NCBI GenBank assembly: GCA_900541835.1
Contig: UQLL01000001.1
Location: 43,915 to 107,914, forward strand
Direction of reading: 5' to 3'
From: an uncultured Porphyromonadaceae bacterium
GTDB taxonomy: Bacteria; Bacteroidota; Bacteroidia; Bacteroidales; Muribaculaceae
DNA: 64,000 bases
How positions within the stretch are numbered: position 1 is the first letter of the stretch; each line of letters starts with the position of its first letter. Shown piece after piece: positions 19,536 through 28,535 of this stretch. The translations under genes and the position numbers were made by a program. The notes beneath the pieces are model-generated. The model was not told the origin of the DNA and did not search any database. It was given only the letters and a program-made list of their open reading frames with translations.

Positions 19536-21323
19536 ATGATAGAACAAGACAAAGACCTCGCCCCGCTCACCACCTTCGGCATTCCCGCCAAGGCCAGGTA
19601 TTTCGCACGCTACAACTCGACCGATGCGCTGCTCAAGCTCATGCGCTCCGAAATATTCCGCGACAACGAATGGCTGCACATCGGCTCCGGCAGCAACCTG
19701 CTCTTCCTCGGTGACTACCACGGCCTGGTGCTCCGTTCCGACATACTCGGCCGCGCCATGTACCAGAAGGACGCCGGCACTGCTTTCGCCATAGCCGGTG
19801 CCGGAGAGGACTGGAGCGACTTCGTGGACTGGTGCGTGGAGCAGGGCCTGGGCGGACTGGAGAACCTGGCCTGCATCCCTGGCACCGTTGGAGCCGCGCC
19901 CGTGCAGAACGTCGGGGCTTACGGCGTGGAGGCCGGACAGCTCATCCACAGCGTTGAGGTGATGGACGTACAGACTCATAAGGTGGAGCGCATCCTCGGC
20001 AACGAGTGTGGCTTCGGCTATCGCGACAGCCGCTTCAAGCACGAGTGGAAAGGCCGATACATAGTGCTGCGCGTGAGCTTCCGCCTGCGCCCCTCCACCG
20101 AGGCCCGGAACCTGGAATATGGTCCCTTGCGAGACTTGTGGGAGCGCCTCGGCCACACACCCTCCATTGCCGAGGTGCGCGACGAGATACGGAGTGTCCG
20201 CAGCGCCAAGCTCCCCGACCCCGAAGATATAGGCAGCGCCGGCTCCTTCTTCCGCAACCCCGTGGTCGATACCTATTACTTCAACGAGGTGGTAAGGCCA
20301 TTGGCGCCCGACATCGTCTCGTACCCCGTCGGCGACGGCTCGCGCACCAAGCTCGCTGCCGGATGGCTCATAGAGCATGCCGGACTCAAGGGCTCCACCG
20401 TGGGTGGAGCCGAAGTGTATCCCAAGCAGTGCCTGGTGATTGTCAACCGTGGCGGGGCCACATACCAGGACGTGGAGCAGCTGGCAGAGAAGGTGCAGCA
20501 CGAGGTGCGCCGCCGGTTCGCCGTCGAACTCAAGCCGGAGGTCAATTACATCAGCACCCGCATCGACGTGGAGATGCTCGGCACCGGCACCAGCAAGGGC
20601 GTCCCCGAGATTGGCTGCCTCTGTCCCGTCTGCTCGTCGGAGGACTCCAGGGACAAGCGACTGCGCTCCTCGGTGTGGGTACGCACGCACGGCCTTAGCA
20701 TCATCATCGATCCGTCGCCAGACTTCCGCCAGCAGGCCCTGCGTGCCGGCATCGACCATGTGGACGCGGTGCTGCTGACACACAGCCACTACGACCACGT
20801 GGGGGGCATCGACGACCTTCGGCCCTTCTGTGCCACCTCCGACATTCCAATATACGCACAGAAGGACGTGGCCGACGACCTGCACCGACGCCTCGACTAC
20901 TGCTTCCGCGACACCCTCTACCCGGGAGTTCCGCGACTGGTGCTGCATGAGATTTCGGCCGGTAAGCCTTTGGTCATTGACGGACTTCATATATTACCCC
21001 TGCGCGTGATGCACGGCAAGCTGCCCATCCTTGGCTTCCGCATAGGCGACTTCGCCTATGTCACGGACGCTTCCGAGCTGCCGCCGGAGACGACCGAGAA
21101 CCTGGAGGACCTGGACACGCTCATTCTCAACGCCCTGCGTCACCGCCCGCACTTCGCGCATTACAGTGTGGAACAGGCCCTTGACGTGATTGCCGGGCTG
21201 AAGCCCCGACAGGCATACCTGACGCACTTCTGCCACGAGATCGGTCTGTACGCCACCGAGGATGCCCGTCTGCCCGAGGGTGTGCATCTGGGATATGACG
21301 GCCTGCGCATCTCCGTACTATGA
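19536..21323 (+). CDS. murB: UDP-N-acetylenolpyruvoylglucosamine reductase MurB fused in-frame to a PhnP-like MBL-fold metallo-hydrolase
   Basis: The N-terminal 340 aa or so is MurB (FAD-binding, ...KPEVNYI end). The frame then continues into LGTGTSKGVPEIGCLCPVCSS...HSHYDHVGG, a PhnP/ElaC-like beta-lactamase-fold hydrolase. No stop or frameshift is visible at the junction. Confidence 0.8.
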   Translation: MIEQDKDLAPLTTFGIPAKARYFARYNSTDALLKLMRSEIFRDNEWLHIGSGSNLLFLGDYHGLVLRSDILGRAMYQKDAGTAFAIAGAGEDWSDFVDWCVEQGLGGLENLACIPGTVGAAPVQNVGAYGVEAGQLIHSVEVMDVQTHKVERILGNECGFGYRDSRFKHEWKGRYIVLRVSFRLRPSTEARNLEYGPLRDLWERLGHTPSIAEVRDEIRSVRSAKLPDPEDIGSAGSFFRNPVVDTYYFNEVVRPLAPDIVSYPVGDGSRTKLAAGWLIEHAGLKGSTVGGAEVYPKQCLVIVNRGGATYQDVEQLAEKVQHEVRRRFAVELKPEVNYISTRIDVEMLGTGTSKGVPEIGCLCPVCSSEDSRDKRLRSSVWVRTHGLSIIIDPSPDFRQQALRAGIDHVDAVLLTHSHYDHVGGIDDLRPFCATSDIPIYAQKDVADDLHRRLDYCFRDTLYPGVPRLVLHEISAGKPLVIDGLHILPLRVMHGKLPILGFRIGDFAYVTDASELPPETTENLEDLDTLILNALRHRPHFAHYSVEQALDVIAGLKPRQAYLTHFCHEIGLYATEDARLPEGVHLGYDGLRISVL

Positions 21324-21511
21324 AACGCTACCAGATAATACCATTGGTGATCGGCATCTATGCGCTCGTGATGGCGTATATCGGCCGGGAAACGTTCTAC
21401 AACCCGGCCACGCGGCTCACCTACCTGCTGAAGATAGGCGGGGAGGCGCTGGTGCTCGTAGCGCTGTATTTCTTTCTGAAGCGAAGGGACGGGCTGCGCA
21501 AGCGCAAATGA
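21320..21511 (+). CDS. Small membrane protein (63 aa, two predicted TM helices)
   Basis: ATGA start/stop overlap with the upstream gene. Hydrophobic profile IIPLVIGIYALVMAYIG ... ALVLVALYFFL with a basic C-terminus. Confidence 0.5.
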   Translation: MKRYQIIPLVIGIYALVMAYIGRETFYNPATRLTYLLKIGGEALVLVALYFFLKRRDGLRKRK

Positions 21512-21539
21512 GAGTCGTGCGCCGCGGAGCAGCGGGCGC

Positions 21540-21582
21540 AAATGAAAAAGAGAGCAAGCACCACCTGACGATAGGCGGTGCT
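21540..21582 (-). terminator. Candidate rho-independent terminator for bcp
   Basis: Minus-strand hairpin AGCACCGCC...GGTGGTGCT followed by TGCTCTCTTTTTCATTT. Confidence 0.45.
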
Positions 21583-21594
21583 TTCTCGGTTTGC

Positions 21595-21619
21595 GGACGC
21601 ACCGTGGCGCGTCCCTACA
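21595..21619. repeat. REP-like palindrome GGACGCACC-GTG-GCGCGTCCCTACA
   Basis: Family member in the intergenic gap between the small membrane protein gene and bcp. Confidence 0.75.
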
Positions 21620-21646
21620 TTTTGCGGGTAGGTGCCTCTCGGCTCT

Positions 21647-22126
21647 TCAGGCGGGGTTGACGGAGCCGCGACCCTCGAGCAGGGCGAAGAGCTGGGTGGA
21701 GGCGTTGCGGGTGTCGACCTTGCGGATAACGTCCGTCACGGTGCCGTCATGGTTGCAGACGAAGGTGGTGCGCACGATGCCCATGTACTCGCGGCCGGCC
21801 ATCTTCTTGAGCTGCCACACTCCGGCAGTCTCGCAGAGCTGGTGTCCGGTGTCGGCTACGAGCGGGAAGGGGATGTCGTTCTTGGCGATGAAGCGCTGGT
21901 GGCTCTTCTCGTCGCCGGCGCTGACGCCTATCACCTGGTAGCCCATGTCCAGGAACTGTTTGTAAGCTTCGGAGAGTGAGCGGGCCTCGAGGGTGCAGCC
22001 GGGAGTGGAGTCCTTGGGATAGAAGTAGACGATGAAGCGGAAGTTCTCGGGGTATGAGCTGAGTCGCACTTCGGATCCGTTCTGGTCGGTACCCAGCAGG
22101 TCGGGGAATCTGTCGTCGATATTCAT
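21647..22126 (-). CDS. bcp: Thioredoxin-dependent thiol peroxidase (peroxiredoxin Q/BCP)
   Basis: 159 aa with the peroxidatic Cys motif PKDSTPGCT. Confidence 0.9.
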   Translation of the reverse strand: MNIDDRFPDLLGTDQNGSEVRLSSYPENFRFIVYFYPKDSTPGCTLEARSLSEAYKQFLDMGYQVIGVSAGDEKSHQRFIAKNDIPFPLVADTGHQLCETAGVWQLKKMAGREYMGIVRTTFVCNHDGTVTDVIRKVDTRNASTQLFALLEGRGSVNPA

Positions 22127-22135
22127 AGCATTCTT

Positions 22136-23617
22136 TTATTTGAGAGTTGAAGGTTGAGAGTCGAGAATTGTCTCGGTCTCTGCCTTGACCTTGCGCGTCA
22201 GGAACATGACGAGGAAGGAGAGTGCGACGGCTACGCCTATGCCGATGGCGAGCCAGTAGTCGATGCCGACGCTAAACAGGGCCTGGGTGAGCAGGCCGAG
22301 TCCCTCGGGAGCGAAGAGTATGTAGCTTACGGTCACGACGGTCATGAACAGCGCAGGCACGAGCGATATGCCATAGAAGCGCTTGCGGGAGGCCAGCCAC
22401 ACGGTGATGGCCCACAGGGTGAAGACGCTCAGCGCCTGGTTACACCAGGCGAAGTAGCGCCAGAGCACGTCGTAGGGCAGCAGCATGATGATGAAGCAGA
22501 CGGCGAAGATGGGCAGCGACACGAGCACTCGGCTGATGACCTTCTTCTGCTTGATTCCGGAAAAGTCAGCGGCTATGAGTCGGGCGGAACGGAGTGCAGT
22601 ATCGCCGCTGGTGATGGGTGCGGCCACCACACCGAGGATGGCGAGAATGCCGCCGAAGGTGCCGAGCCAGGTGGTGCTGAGGTTGTTGACCAGCGTGGCG
22701 GGGGAACCGCCGTCGAGTGCCTCCTGTAGCTGCGTGTATCCGCCGGTGAAAGCCACGGCAGCGGCCGCCCATATCAGGGCTACTATGCCCTCGGTGATCA
22801 TGGCGCCGTAGAAGACGGGCCGGGCGTGCTTTTCGTTCTTGAGGCAACGGGCCATCATCGGGCTTTGCGTGGCGTGGAAGCCGCTGATGGCGCCGCAGGC
22901 TATCGACACGAACATCATCGGGAAGATGGGATTCGCCTCCGGGTCGGGCTTGTGGTTGGAGAACTGATGCCACAGCTCCGGCACCGTGTCGGAGTGTACG
23001 AACAGCATCGCCATGATTCCCACGGCCATGAAGAGCAGCGCGAAGCCGAACACGGGGTACAGCTTGCCGATGAGCTTGTCGATGGGCAGAAGCGTGGCAG
23101 CCATGTAGTAGACGAAGATGAGGACGATCCAGAAGAGGCGCGTCATGCTGTCGGGGGTTATCTTGGCCAACAGGTCGGCCGGGTTATAGACGAACACGGC
23201 TCCTACGAGTATCATCAGCAGCAGGGCGAAGATGCGCATGGTGAGCTTGACACCTCCACCGAGCTCGCGGCCCACGATCTCGGGCAGCGAGGCTCCGCCC
23301 ATGCGCAGCGACATCATGCCCGACATGAAGTCGTGGACGGCTCCGGCGAAGATGGTGCCGAAAACTATCCACAGGAACGCCGCAGGTCCGTACATGACGC
23401 CCATGATAGCGCCGAAGATGGGCCCCAGACCGGCAATGTTGAGAAACTGTATGAGGAAAATCTTCCAGGTGGGGAGCTCGACGTAGTCTACGCCGTCGGC
23501 CATGGTCTGGACGGGCGTATTGCGGGAGGGGTCTATGCCGACCACCTTGGCGGCAAACTTGCCGTAAACGAAATAGCCTGCTATGAGCAGTGCCAGGGAT
23601 ATGAGAAAAGTTATCAT
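22136..23617 (-). CDS. cstA: Carbon starvation protein A family transporter
   Basis: 493 aa polytopic membrane protein with CstA N-terminal conservation. Its last 9 codons and stop lie inside a TGAGAGTTGA-type repeat. Confidence 0.9.
   Translation of the reverse strand: MITFLISLALLIAGYFVYGKFAAKVVGIDPSRNTPVQTMADGVDYVELPTWKIFLIQFLNIAGLGPIFGAIMGVMYGPAAFLWIVFGTIFAGAVHDFMSGMMSLRMGGASLPEIVGRELGGGVKLTMRIFALLLMILVGAVFVYNPADLLAKITPDSMTRLFWIVLIFVYYMAATLLPIDKLIGKLYPVFGFALLFMAVGIMAMLFVHSDTVPELWHQFSNHKPDPEANPIFPMMFVSIACGAISGFHATQSPMMARCLKNEKHARPVFYGAMITEGIVALIWAAAAVAFTGGYTQLQEALDGGSPATLVNNLSTTWLGTFGGILAILGVVAAPITSGDTALRSARLIAADFSGIKQKKVISRVLVSLPIFAVCFIIMLLPYDVLWRYFAWCNQALSVFTLWAITVWLASRKRFYGISLVPALFMTVVTVSYILFAPEGLGLLTQALFSVGIDYWLAIGIGVAVALSFLVMFLTRKVKAETETILDSQPSTLK
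22138..22179. repeat. GAGAG-family repeat (TTTGAGAGTTGAAGGTTGAGAGTCGAGAATTGTCTCGGTCTC)
   Basis: Tandem TGAGAGT units plus an imperfect hairpin, overlapping the cstA 3' end. Confidence 0.6.
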
Positions 23618-23629
23618 TTTCGGTCAGTG

Positions 23630-23653
23630 GTAGGGACGCACCCTGGTGCGTCC
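23630..23653. repeat. REP-like palindrome GTAGGGACGCACC-CTG-GTGCGTCC
   Basis: Perfect 11-bp arms. First member of an inverted doublet. Confidence 0.85.
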
Positions 23654-23683
23654 GAAAGAGAGTCAGAGTTGTTGTCGGTGGTG

Positions 23684-23707
23684 GACGCGTTAGGGTGCGT
23701 CCCTACA
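23684..23707. repeat. REP-like element GGACGCGTTAGGGTGCGTCCCTACA (degenerate left arm)
   Basis: Second member of the doublet, 30 bp from the first. Resembles an E. coli BIME doublet. Confidence 0.7.
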
Positions 23708-23722
23708 TTGAGGTGAGGAGTC

Positions 23723-25027
23723 TTACTTATAGCCAAGGTTTTTAAGGAGTTTGTTGCGTCGGGAGAGGATACGTGCGCGGAGCAGGTCGACGTTGGTCTC
23801 GGCGTCGGTTATGGCCGTGCGCATGGCGGCGGAGCGGTCGCCGTGTCCGAAGGACTCGCGTAGCTCTGCCAGCGCTGCCTCGGCCTGCCGGAGATCCTCC
23901 TGCTTGGCCTCGTATTCGTCGATGGCGGTGCGTACGGAAGCGTCGGCGCTTTCGTAGACTTCGCCGAGAGTGCGGCCATCGGGAAGAATCTCGCCGTTAC
24001 AGTCTTTTGGCATGGTCGGGGAGAACTGACGGGCCTCGCTGACTCGGTCGAGCCAGACCTTACGGTCGAAGTCCTCGGGCCAGGTGGTGGCAATCTCGCT
24101 GATGCGTGCCCGGTCGGAGAGGTTGTCGTCATCGGTCGCCAGATTCTCTCGCATATCGTTGACCTTGAAGGTATAGACCACAGGCTGGCCGGTGCGCATG
24201 GTGACGAACCAGCCTATGCTGTCCACGGCGTCGACGACGTACAGCAGCTCGTCGGCGGGCGAGTTGACCGGCATACCGAGATTGGCGGGCTCGCGCCACG
24301 GCTCGGTGATGTCGTCGCGGATGGACATCATCACGTCGCGGCCTCCGAGGCTCGGGTATGCGTCGGTGGTATAATATAATGTCATGCCGTCTTCGAGCAG
24401 GAAAGGAGAGTAGGCCGGCGATGGAATATCGGTGACTGGGTGGACATCCCATGAGCCGTCTACCAGGCGCGTGGCTTCATAAAGCAGGTTGCGTCCCCGG
24501 GAACCGGGAGCCGACCAGAGGGCCGTGACACCGTCAGCACTCAGGAATACGAGGCCGTCCACCTCGTCCGGATTTTCGATAAACGTTGCCTCGCCGGGGA
24601 GCATGAGCTTGCCGACCGAAGCGGGCAACTGCACCGTCTGAGCTATCTTCTCCCACTCGATTCTCGGCTCTGACGTCGGCATGGCCACATTGTCGGCGTC
24701 ATCGTAATCAACCGCCACGGAGTCGTCAAAGACCTCCGGCGACATCTCCACTGCCAGGCTGTCAAAGATTGTCAAATTCTCGACAGCCTCCAGGGCCTGC
24801 CGCAGCCTGGGTATGGATCGGGCGGCGGATAGCGCCGCGGAATCCACGGGCAGCTTTGCCTTCTTGAGCGCCGCCTGGTAGGCGTTGAACTGAGAGGTGG
24901 CCCGGTCGAACCGATAGGCGTTGAGCGCCTCCTCGGCCTGCCTGAGCAGCTGGGCGGGAGTGTCGGCCAGGGCTACGGACAGCACCCCGGCCGAGATGAT
25001 GGATATGATGATGGCTAACCGCTTCAT
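23723..25027 (-). CDS. Hypothetical secreted protein (signal peptide, helical N-terminus, acidic regions)
   Basis: 434 aa with N-terminal MKRLAIIISIISAGVLSVALA and no recognisable catalytic motif. Confidence 0.6.
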   Translation of the reverse strand: MKRLAIIISIISAGVLSVALADTPAQLLRQAEEALNAYRFDRATSQFNAYQAALKKAKLPVDSAALSAARSIPRLRQALEAVENLTIFDSLAVEMSPEVFDDSVAVDYDDADNVAMPTSEPRIEWEKIAQTVQLPASVGKLMLPGEATFIENPDEVDGLVFLSADGVTALWSAPGSRGRNLLYEATRLVDGSWDVHPVTDIPSPAYSPFLLEDGMTLYYTTDAYPSLGGRDVMMSIRDDITEPWREPANLGMPVNSPADELLYVVDAVDSIGWFVTMRTGQPVVYTFKVNDMRENLATDDDNLSDRARISEIATTWPEDFDRKVWLDRVSEARQFSPTMPKDCNGEILPDGRTLGEVYESADASVRTAIDEYEAKQEDLRQAEAALAELRESFGHGDRSAAMRTAITDAETNVDLLRARILSRRNKLLKNLGYK

Positions 25028-25094
25028 TTCTGTTTAGTTTGCACAAAGGTAGGTAATTCCCGACAAGTACACAAACTTTAAAAAATTTTTTTAG

Positions 25095-25102
25095 TAACTT
25101 TG
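25095..25102 (+). promoter_or_regulatory. -7 box TAACTTTG for the large T9SS surface protein gene
   Basis: TAACTTTGCAC lies 46 nt upstream of the ATG at 25149. Confidence 0.4.
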
Positions 25103-25148
25103 CACTCGATAAGTACACCATCAATATCAATCAACCACAATCCAATTC

Positions 25149-28100
25149 ATGAAGAAATTCTTACTATTACCGGCTTTGGCCTTCTGCTCTTTGGCAGCGC
25201 AGGCGGCCGACCCGGCACTGAGTTTCGAGGGCGATGGGACCGCCGCGTCCCCCTATCTCATCAAGACTGCAGACGACGTCATGGCCCTGGCTACGGCCTG
25301 CAACGGCGCCACTTCCACCACCTCCGGCCACTATGCCGGCAAGTACTTCTCCCTGACGGCCGACATCGACATGGCCGGCAAGTCGGGCTTCTACGGCATC
25401 GCCACCGCCCCGGCCGACAAGGCCACCTCCACTGGCACCTATCACTTCGACGGCATCTTCGACGGCTGCGGCTATCGCATCAAGAACATGAAGATCAACG
25501 GAGTGGTGCGCAAGGACGACGGCTCCGTCAACATCTCCACCGGCGCCAACGGCTCGCGCCGCTATTGCGGCTTCTTCGGCGCCATCGGCACCGGCGGCAA
25601 GGTCTCCAATCTCGTCATCGACGCATCCTGCCGCATCGAGGCTTACAGCTACGTGGGCGGAGTGGTCGGCAACCTCGGCACCGACGCCTTCGTCGAGAAC
25701 TGCGCCAACTACGCCGAAGTCGTCACCTACGACGGCTACACCGGCGGCATCGTGGGCTGCCAGGTCACCTCCAGCACCAAGACCGGCGGCATCTCCAACT
25801 GCTTCAACGCAGGCTCCATACGCAGCTGCGGCAGCATTGTGGGAGGCATCGTGGGCCGCGCCAGCTACGGCGAACTCAAGAACTGCGCCAATGTCGGATC
25901 AGTGCTCGCCTATAACTTCGACCCCGTCAAGGCGGCCTTTTCCCAGACCAAAGTCGGCGGCATCGTGGGCGACAACCAGTATTCGCGCATGGCCGACTGC
26001 TTCAACGCAGGCGACGTCTACGCCATGAAGGAGCAGGCTGGCGGTATAGCCGGTTCCATATCCAGGAATTCCACCAAGGGCGGCATCTCCAACTGCCTCA
26101 ACGTGGGATACGTCTACGGCTCCCTCGGCTACAACTGCGGCTACATAGCAGGCGTCAACTACTCATCTTCGAGCGTAGTGACCGACCTCAGCAACTGCTA
26201 CTACGACGCCCAGATGCTCAACACGCTCTTCGGCGCCGCCGACATGACGTTCGGCGGCAACGCCACCATACAGCGCCTCAACACCTCCCGACTGACCAAC
26301 GGCCAGACACTGGCAGGTCTCGAGGGCTGGGTGTACAAGACTGGCAGCTATCCCGTGCCATCGGGCCTCAACTACCCCGAGTTGTTCACCGCAGCCGCCA
26401 CATACGTCAGCATCCCGGCAGGCCAGAACGCCGACCTGCTTACAGGCTCCGCCACCGCCTCCACCGGCACCACAGTGGGCCTGGAGCGTCCCACAGAACT
26501 CTTCACCGTAAGCGGAAGCACCGTCACGGCCCATCCCTCGGCCGGCAACGGCGTCGGCGTGCTCACACTCACCAACGGCGCATTTACCCGTCATCTGCTG
26601 CTCAGCACCTACACCATCCCCTTCTCCGGACAGGGCACCGAGGCGTCCCCCTATCTCATTAATAACAAGGAGGACCTTATCGGCCTGGCCAACCTCAGCA
26701 ACGGCATGCGTCTGCAATGGGCCGACAAGCACTTCCGCCTCACCTCCGACATCGACCTGGCAGGCGAGACCCGCTTCATGGGCATCGGCTGCTCCCCCGA
26801 CACCGTCAACAACTTCGCCCCCGGCTTCCGCCTCATCTTCCGCGGCAACTTCAACGGCGACAACCACAAGATCTCGAACTGGACCGCCGACTGGGTACGC
26901 TTCGACGCCGATTCCAACTACATCGACTGGCGCAAGGGCGGCTACTATTCGGGCGGCTTCTTCGGCACTTTGGGCAACGGCGCCGTGGTACGCAACCTCG
27001 TCATCGACCGTTCCTGCAAGTATCTCGGCTACATGTACGTCGGAGGCATCGCCATCCAGACACGCGGCGACGCCCGCATCGAGAACTGCCACGTCGGCGC
27101 AGAGATCATTGCCTACAACCGCTACACGGGCGGTATCATCAGCCAGGACAATCCCTCTACACCCGCAGGCGTAGAGGGAGGATCCGTACAGATCGCCAAC
27201 TGCACATTCACGGGCAAGATCCTTGCTAACTACGACTACACGGCAGGCATCATCGGCTACTCCTCCTCCGACAAGACCAGCATCACCTCGTGCGTCAACG
27301 CCGGCAGCATCGAGTGCCGCCGCTTCGACACCAAAGTGCTCGGCACCACCTCCACATCCCAGCTCAACCGCATCGCCGGCATAGCTGGTGCCATCCGCGG
27401 CCGCATAGAAGGCTGCGCCAGCTACGGACCAATCACCGTCTACCCCGGCTGGTCGTCGTCGGCCACCGCCGCCCGCAAGCTGCTCGGCTGCGGAGGCATC
27501 GCCGGACAGCTCAGCAATTACACCACTAACGCCAGCCTGCGTCATAACTTCACCTCCAGCCAGGTCTACCTCCCTGAAGCCTTCAGCGGCCAGGTACAGG
27601 CTGCCGCCATCGTCGGCGATTTCTGGGCTGCCGCCAAGGACCCCGTATTCGGCACCAGCTCCGCGAACTATGCCGACACCACCCTCTGCGCCACTAAGGG
27701 CCTCGTGTGCACATTCACCAACGCCCCCGACTCGGTAGAGCGCATAAAGGCCTTCCATGGCCTCGCCACCTCCGACTTCACCTCCGGCAACGCCATCGAC
27801 TCCCTGGCACAGCACTTCGCCTTCATCAACGGCTACTACCCCATGCCCAAGGCACTGGCCGAGAACGCCGACGTGCGCACCGCCGCCGCCACCTTCTTCA
27901 AGATCGGTCCCGCCCAGGGCGGCTACATAGGCCACCTGCGGCCCGACGCCGTCTGCCCATTCAACAACGTCATGCCCCTGACCGGCATCCTGGCCGTCGG
28001 CGAACTCTTCCGTATCGAAAACAATGGCCTCAGAGTGCGTGGCTGCAATGCCGGAGGCAACGACATCCTGACCCTGACCAACGGCTGGTACTCCACCTTA

Positions 28101-28292
28101 TATCCCATCCATAAGGAGGAAGGCGCCGGCATCGGCAGCCTCACCGACGACGCCACCGATCCCGTCATCGCCACCGAGTACTTCACCACCGATGGCCTGC
28201 GCGTGCTCCGTCCCGCCGCCGGCCAGACCGTGATCGCCATCTCCCGCACCCTCTCTGGCCGCACCGCCGTGGCCAAGCAGGTAGTGCGCTGA
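25149..28292 (+). CDS. Large secreted GLUG-motif repeat protein with a T9SS C-terminal sorting domain, built from two tandem homologous modules
   Basis: 1047 aa with a signal peptide. Repeated Y-x-GGIVG / GGIAG units. The two halves start with parallel blocks (GTAASPYLIKTADDVMALATACNG and GTEASPYLINNKEDLIGLANLSNG). C-terminal CTD-like tail ...EYFTTDGLRVLRPAAGQTVIAISRTLSGRTAVAKQVVR. Confidence 0.8.
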   Translation: MKKFLLLPALAFCSLAAQAADPALSFEGDGTAASPYLIKTADDVMALATACNGATSTTSGHYAGKYFSLTADIDMAGKSGFYGIATAPADKATSTGTYHFDGIFDGCGYRIKNMKINGVVRKDDGSVNISTGANGSRRYCGFFGAIGTGGKVSNLVIDASCRIEAYSYVGGVVGNLGTDAFVENCANYAEVVTYDGYTGGIVGCQVTSSTKTGGISNCFNAGSIRSCGSIVGGIVGRASYGELKNCANVGSVLAYNFDPVKAAFSQTKVGGIVGDNQYSRMADCFNAGDVYAMKEQAGGIAGSISRNSTKGGISNCLNVGYVYGSLGYNCGYIAGVNYSSSSVVTDLSNCYYDAQMLNTLFGAADMTFGGNATIQRLNTSRLTNGQTLAGLEGWVYKTGSYPVPSGLNYPELFTAAATYVSIPAGQNADLLTGSATASTGTTVGLERPTELFTVSGSTVTAHPSAGNGVGVLTLTNGAFTRHLLLSTYTIPFSGQGTEASPYLINNKEDLIGLANLSNGMRLQWADKHFRLTSDIDLAGETRFMGIGCSPDTVNNFAPGFRLIFRGNFNGDNHKISNWTADWVRFDADSNYIDWRKGGYYSGGFFGTLGNGAVVRNLVIDRSCKYLGYMYVGGIAIQTRGDARIENCHVGAEIIAYNRYTGGIISQDNPSTPAGVEGGSVQIANCTFTGKILANYDYTAGIIGYSSSDKTSITSCVNAGSIECRRFDTKVLGTTSTSQLNRIAGIAGAIRGRIEGCASYGPITVYPGWSSSATAARKLLGCGGIAGQLSNYTTNASLRHNFTSSQVYLPEAFSGQVQAAAIVGDFWAAAKDPVFGTSSANYADTTLCATKGLVCTFTNAPDSVERIKAFHGLATSDFTSGNAIDSLAQHFAFINGYYPMPKALAENADVRTAAATFFKIGPAQGGYIGHLRPDAVCPFNNVMPLTGILAVGELFRIENNGLRVRGCNAGGNDILTLTNGWYSTLYPIHKEEGAGIGSLTDDATDPVIATEYFTTDGLRVLRPAAGQTVIAISRTLSGRTAVAKQVVR

Positions 28293-28315
28293 ACGCGCCC
28301 CCCAATGCTGTGGCA

Positions 28316-28334
28316 ACGCACCCTGGCGCGTCCG
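28316..28334. repeat. REP-like element AACGCACCCTGGCGCGTCC (partial)
   Basis: Family core. Paired in inverted orientation with the copy at 28463-28487. Confidence 0.6.
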
Positions 28335-28462
28335 AGACCGACGCATGAGCCGCTCTGAAGCGGACACCAATAACAAACCAAATGCCTCGCCTGCCCTGAT
28401 AGTCGATACCGGGACAGGCGGGGTTTCTTATCAGTCCACTTTGGCCTTCTGCCGCCTATCAC

Positions 28463-28487
28463 GGACGCGCCAGGGTGCGTCCTTACA
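28463..28487. repeat. REP-like palindrome GGACGCGCC-AGG-GTGCGTCCTTACA
   Basis: Family member immediately upstream of the DEAD-box helicase promoter. Confidence 0.75.
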
Positions 28488-28520
28488 AGGCGATGCACCC
28501 AAAGTCTCAACTTTTTTTTG

Positions 28521-28528
28521 TAATTTTG
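28521..28528 (+). promoter_or_regulatory. -7 box TAATTTTG for the DEAD-box helicase gene
   Basis: TTTTTTTTGTAATTTTGCAGCC, with the ATG only 8 nt downstream of the box. The same 22-mer recurs at 51701-51722. Confidence 0.5.
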
Positions 28529-28535
28529 CAGCCTA

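Noticed and set aside
28316-28487. Inverted REP pair flanking about 130 bp upstream of the helicase gene as a possible invertible (phase-variable) promoter
   Set aside because: The recognisable promoter (TAATTTTG at 28521) lies outside the flanked segment, and no site-specific recombinase gene is nearby
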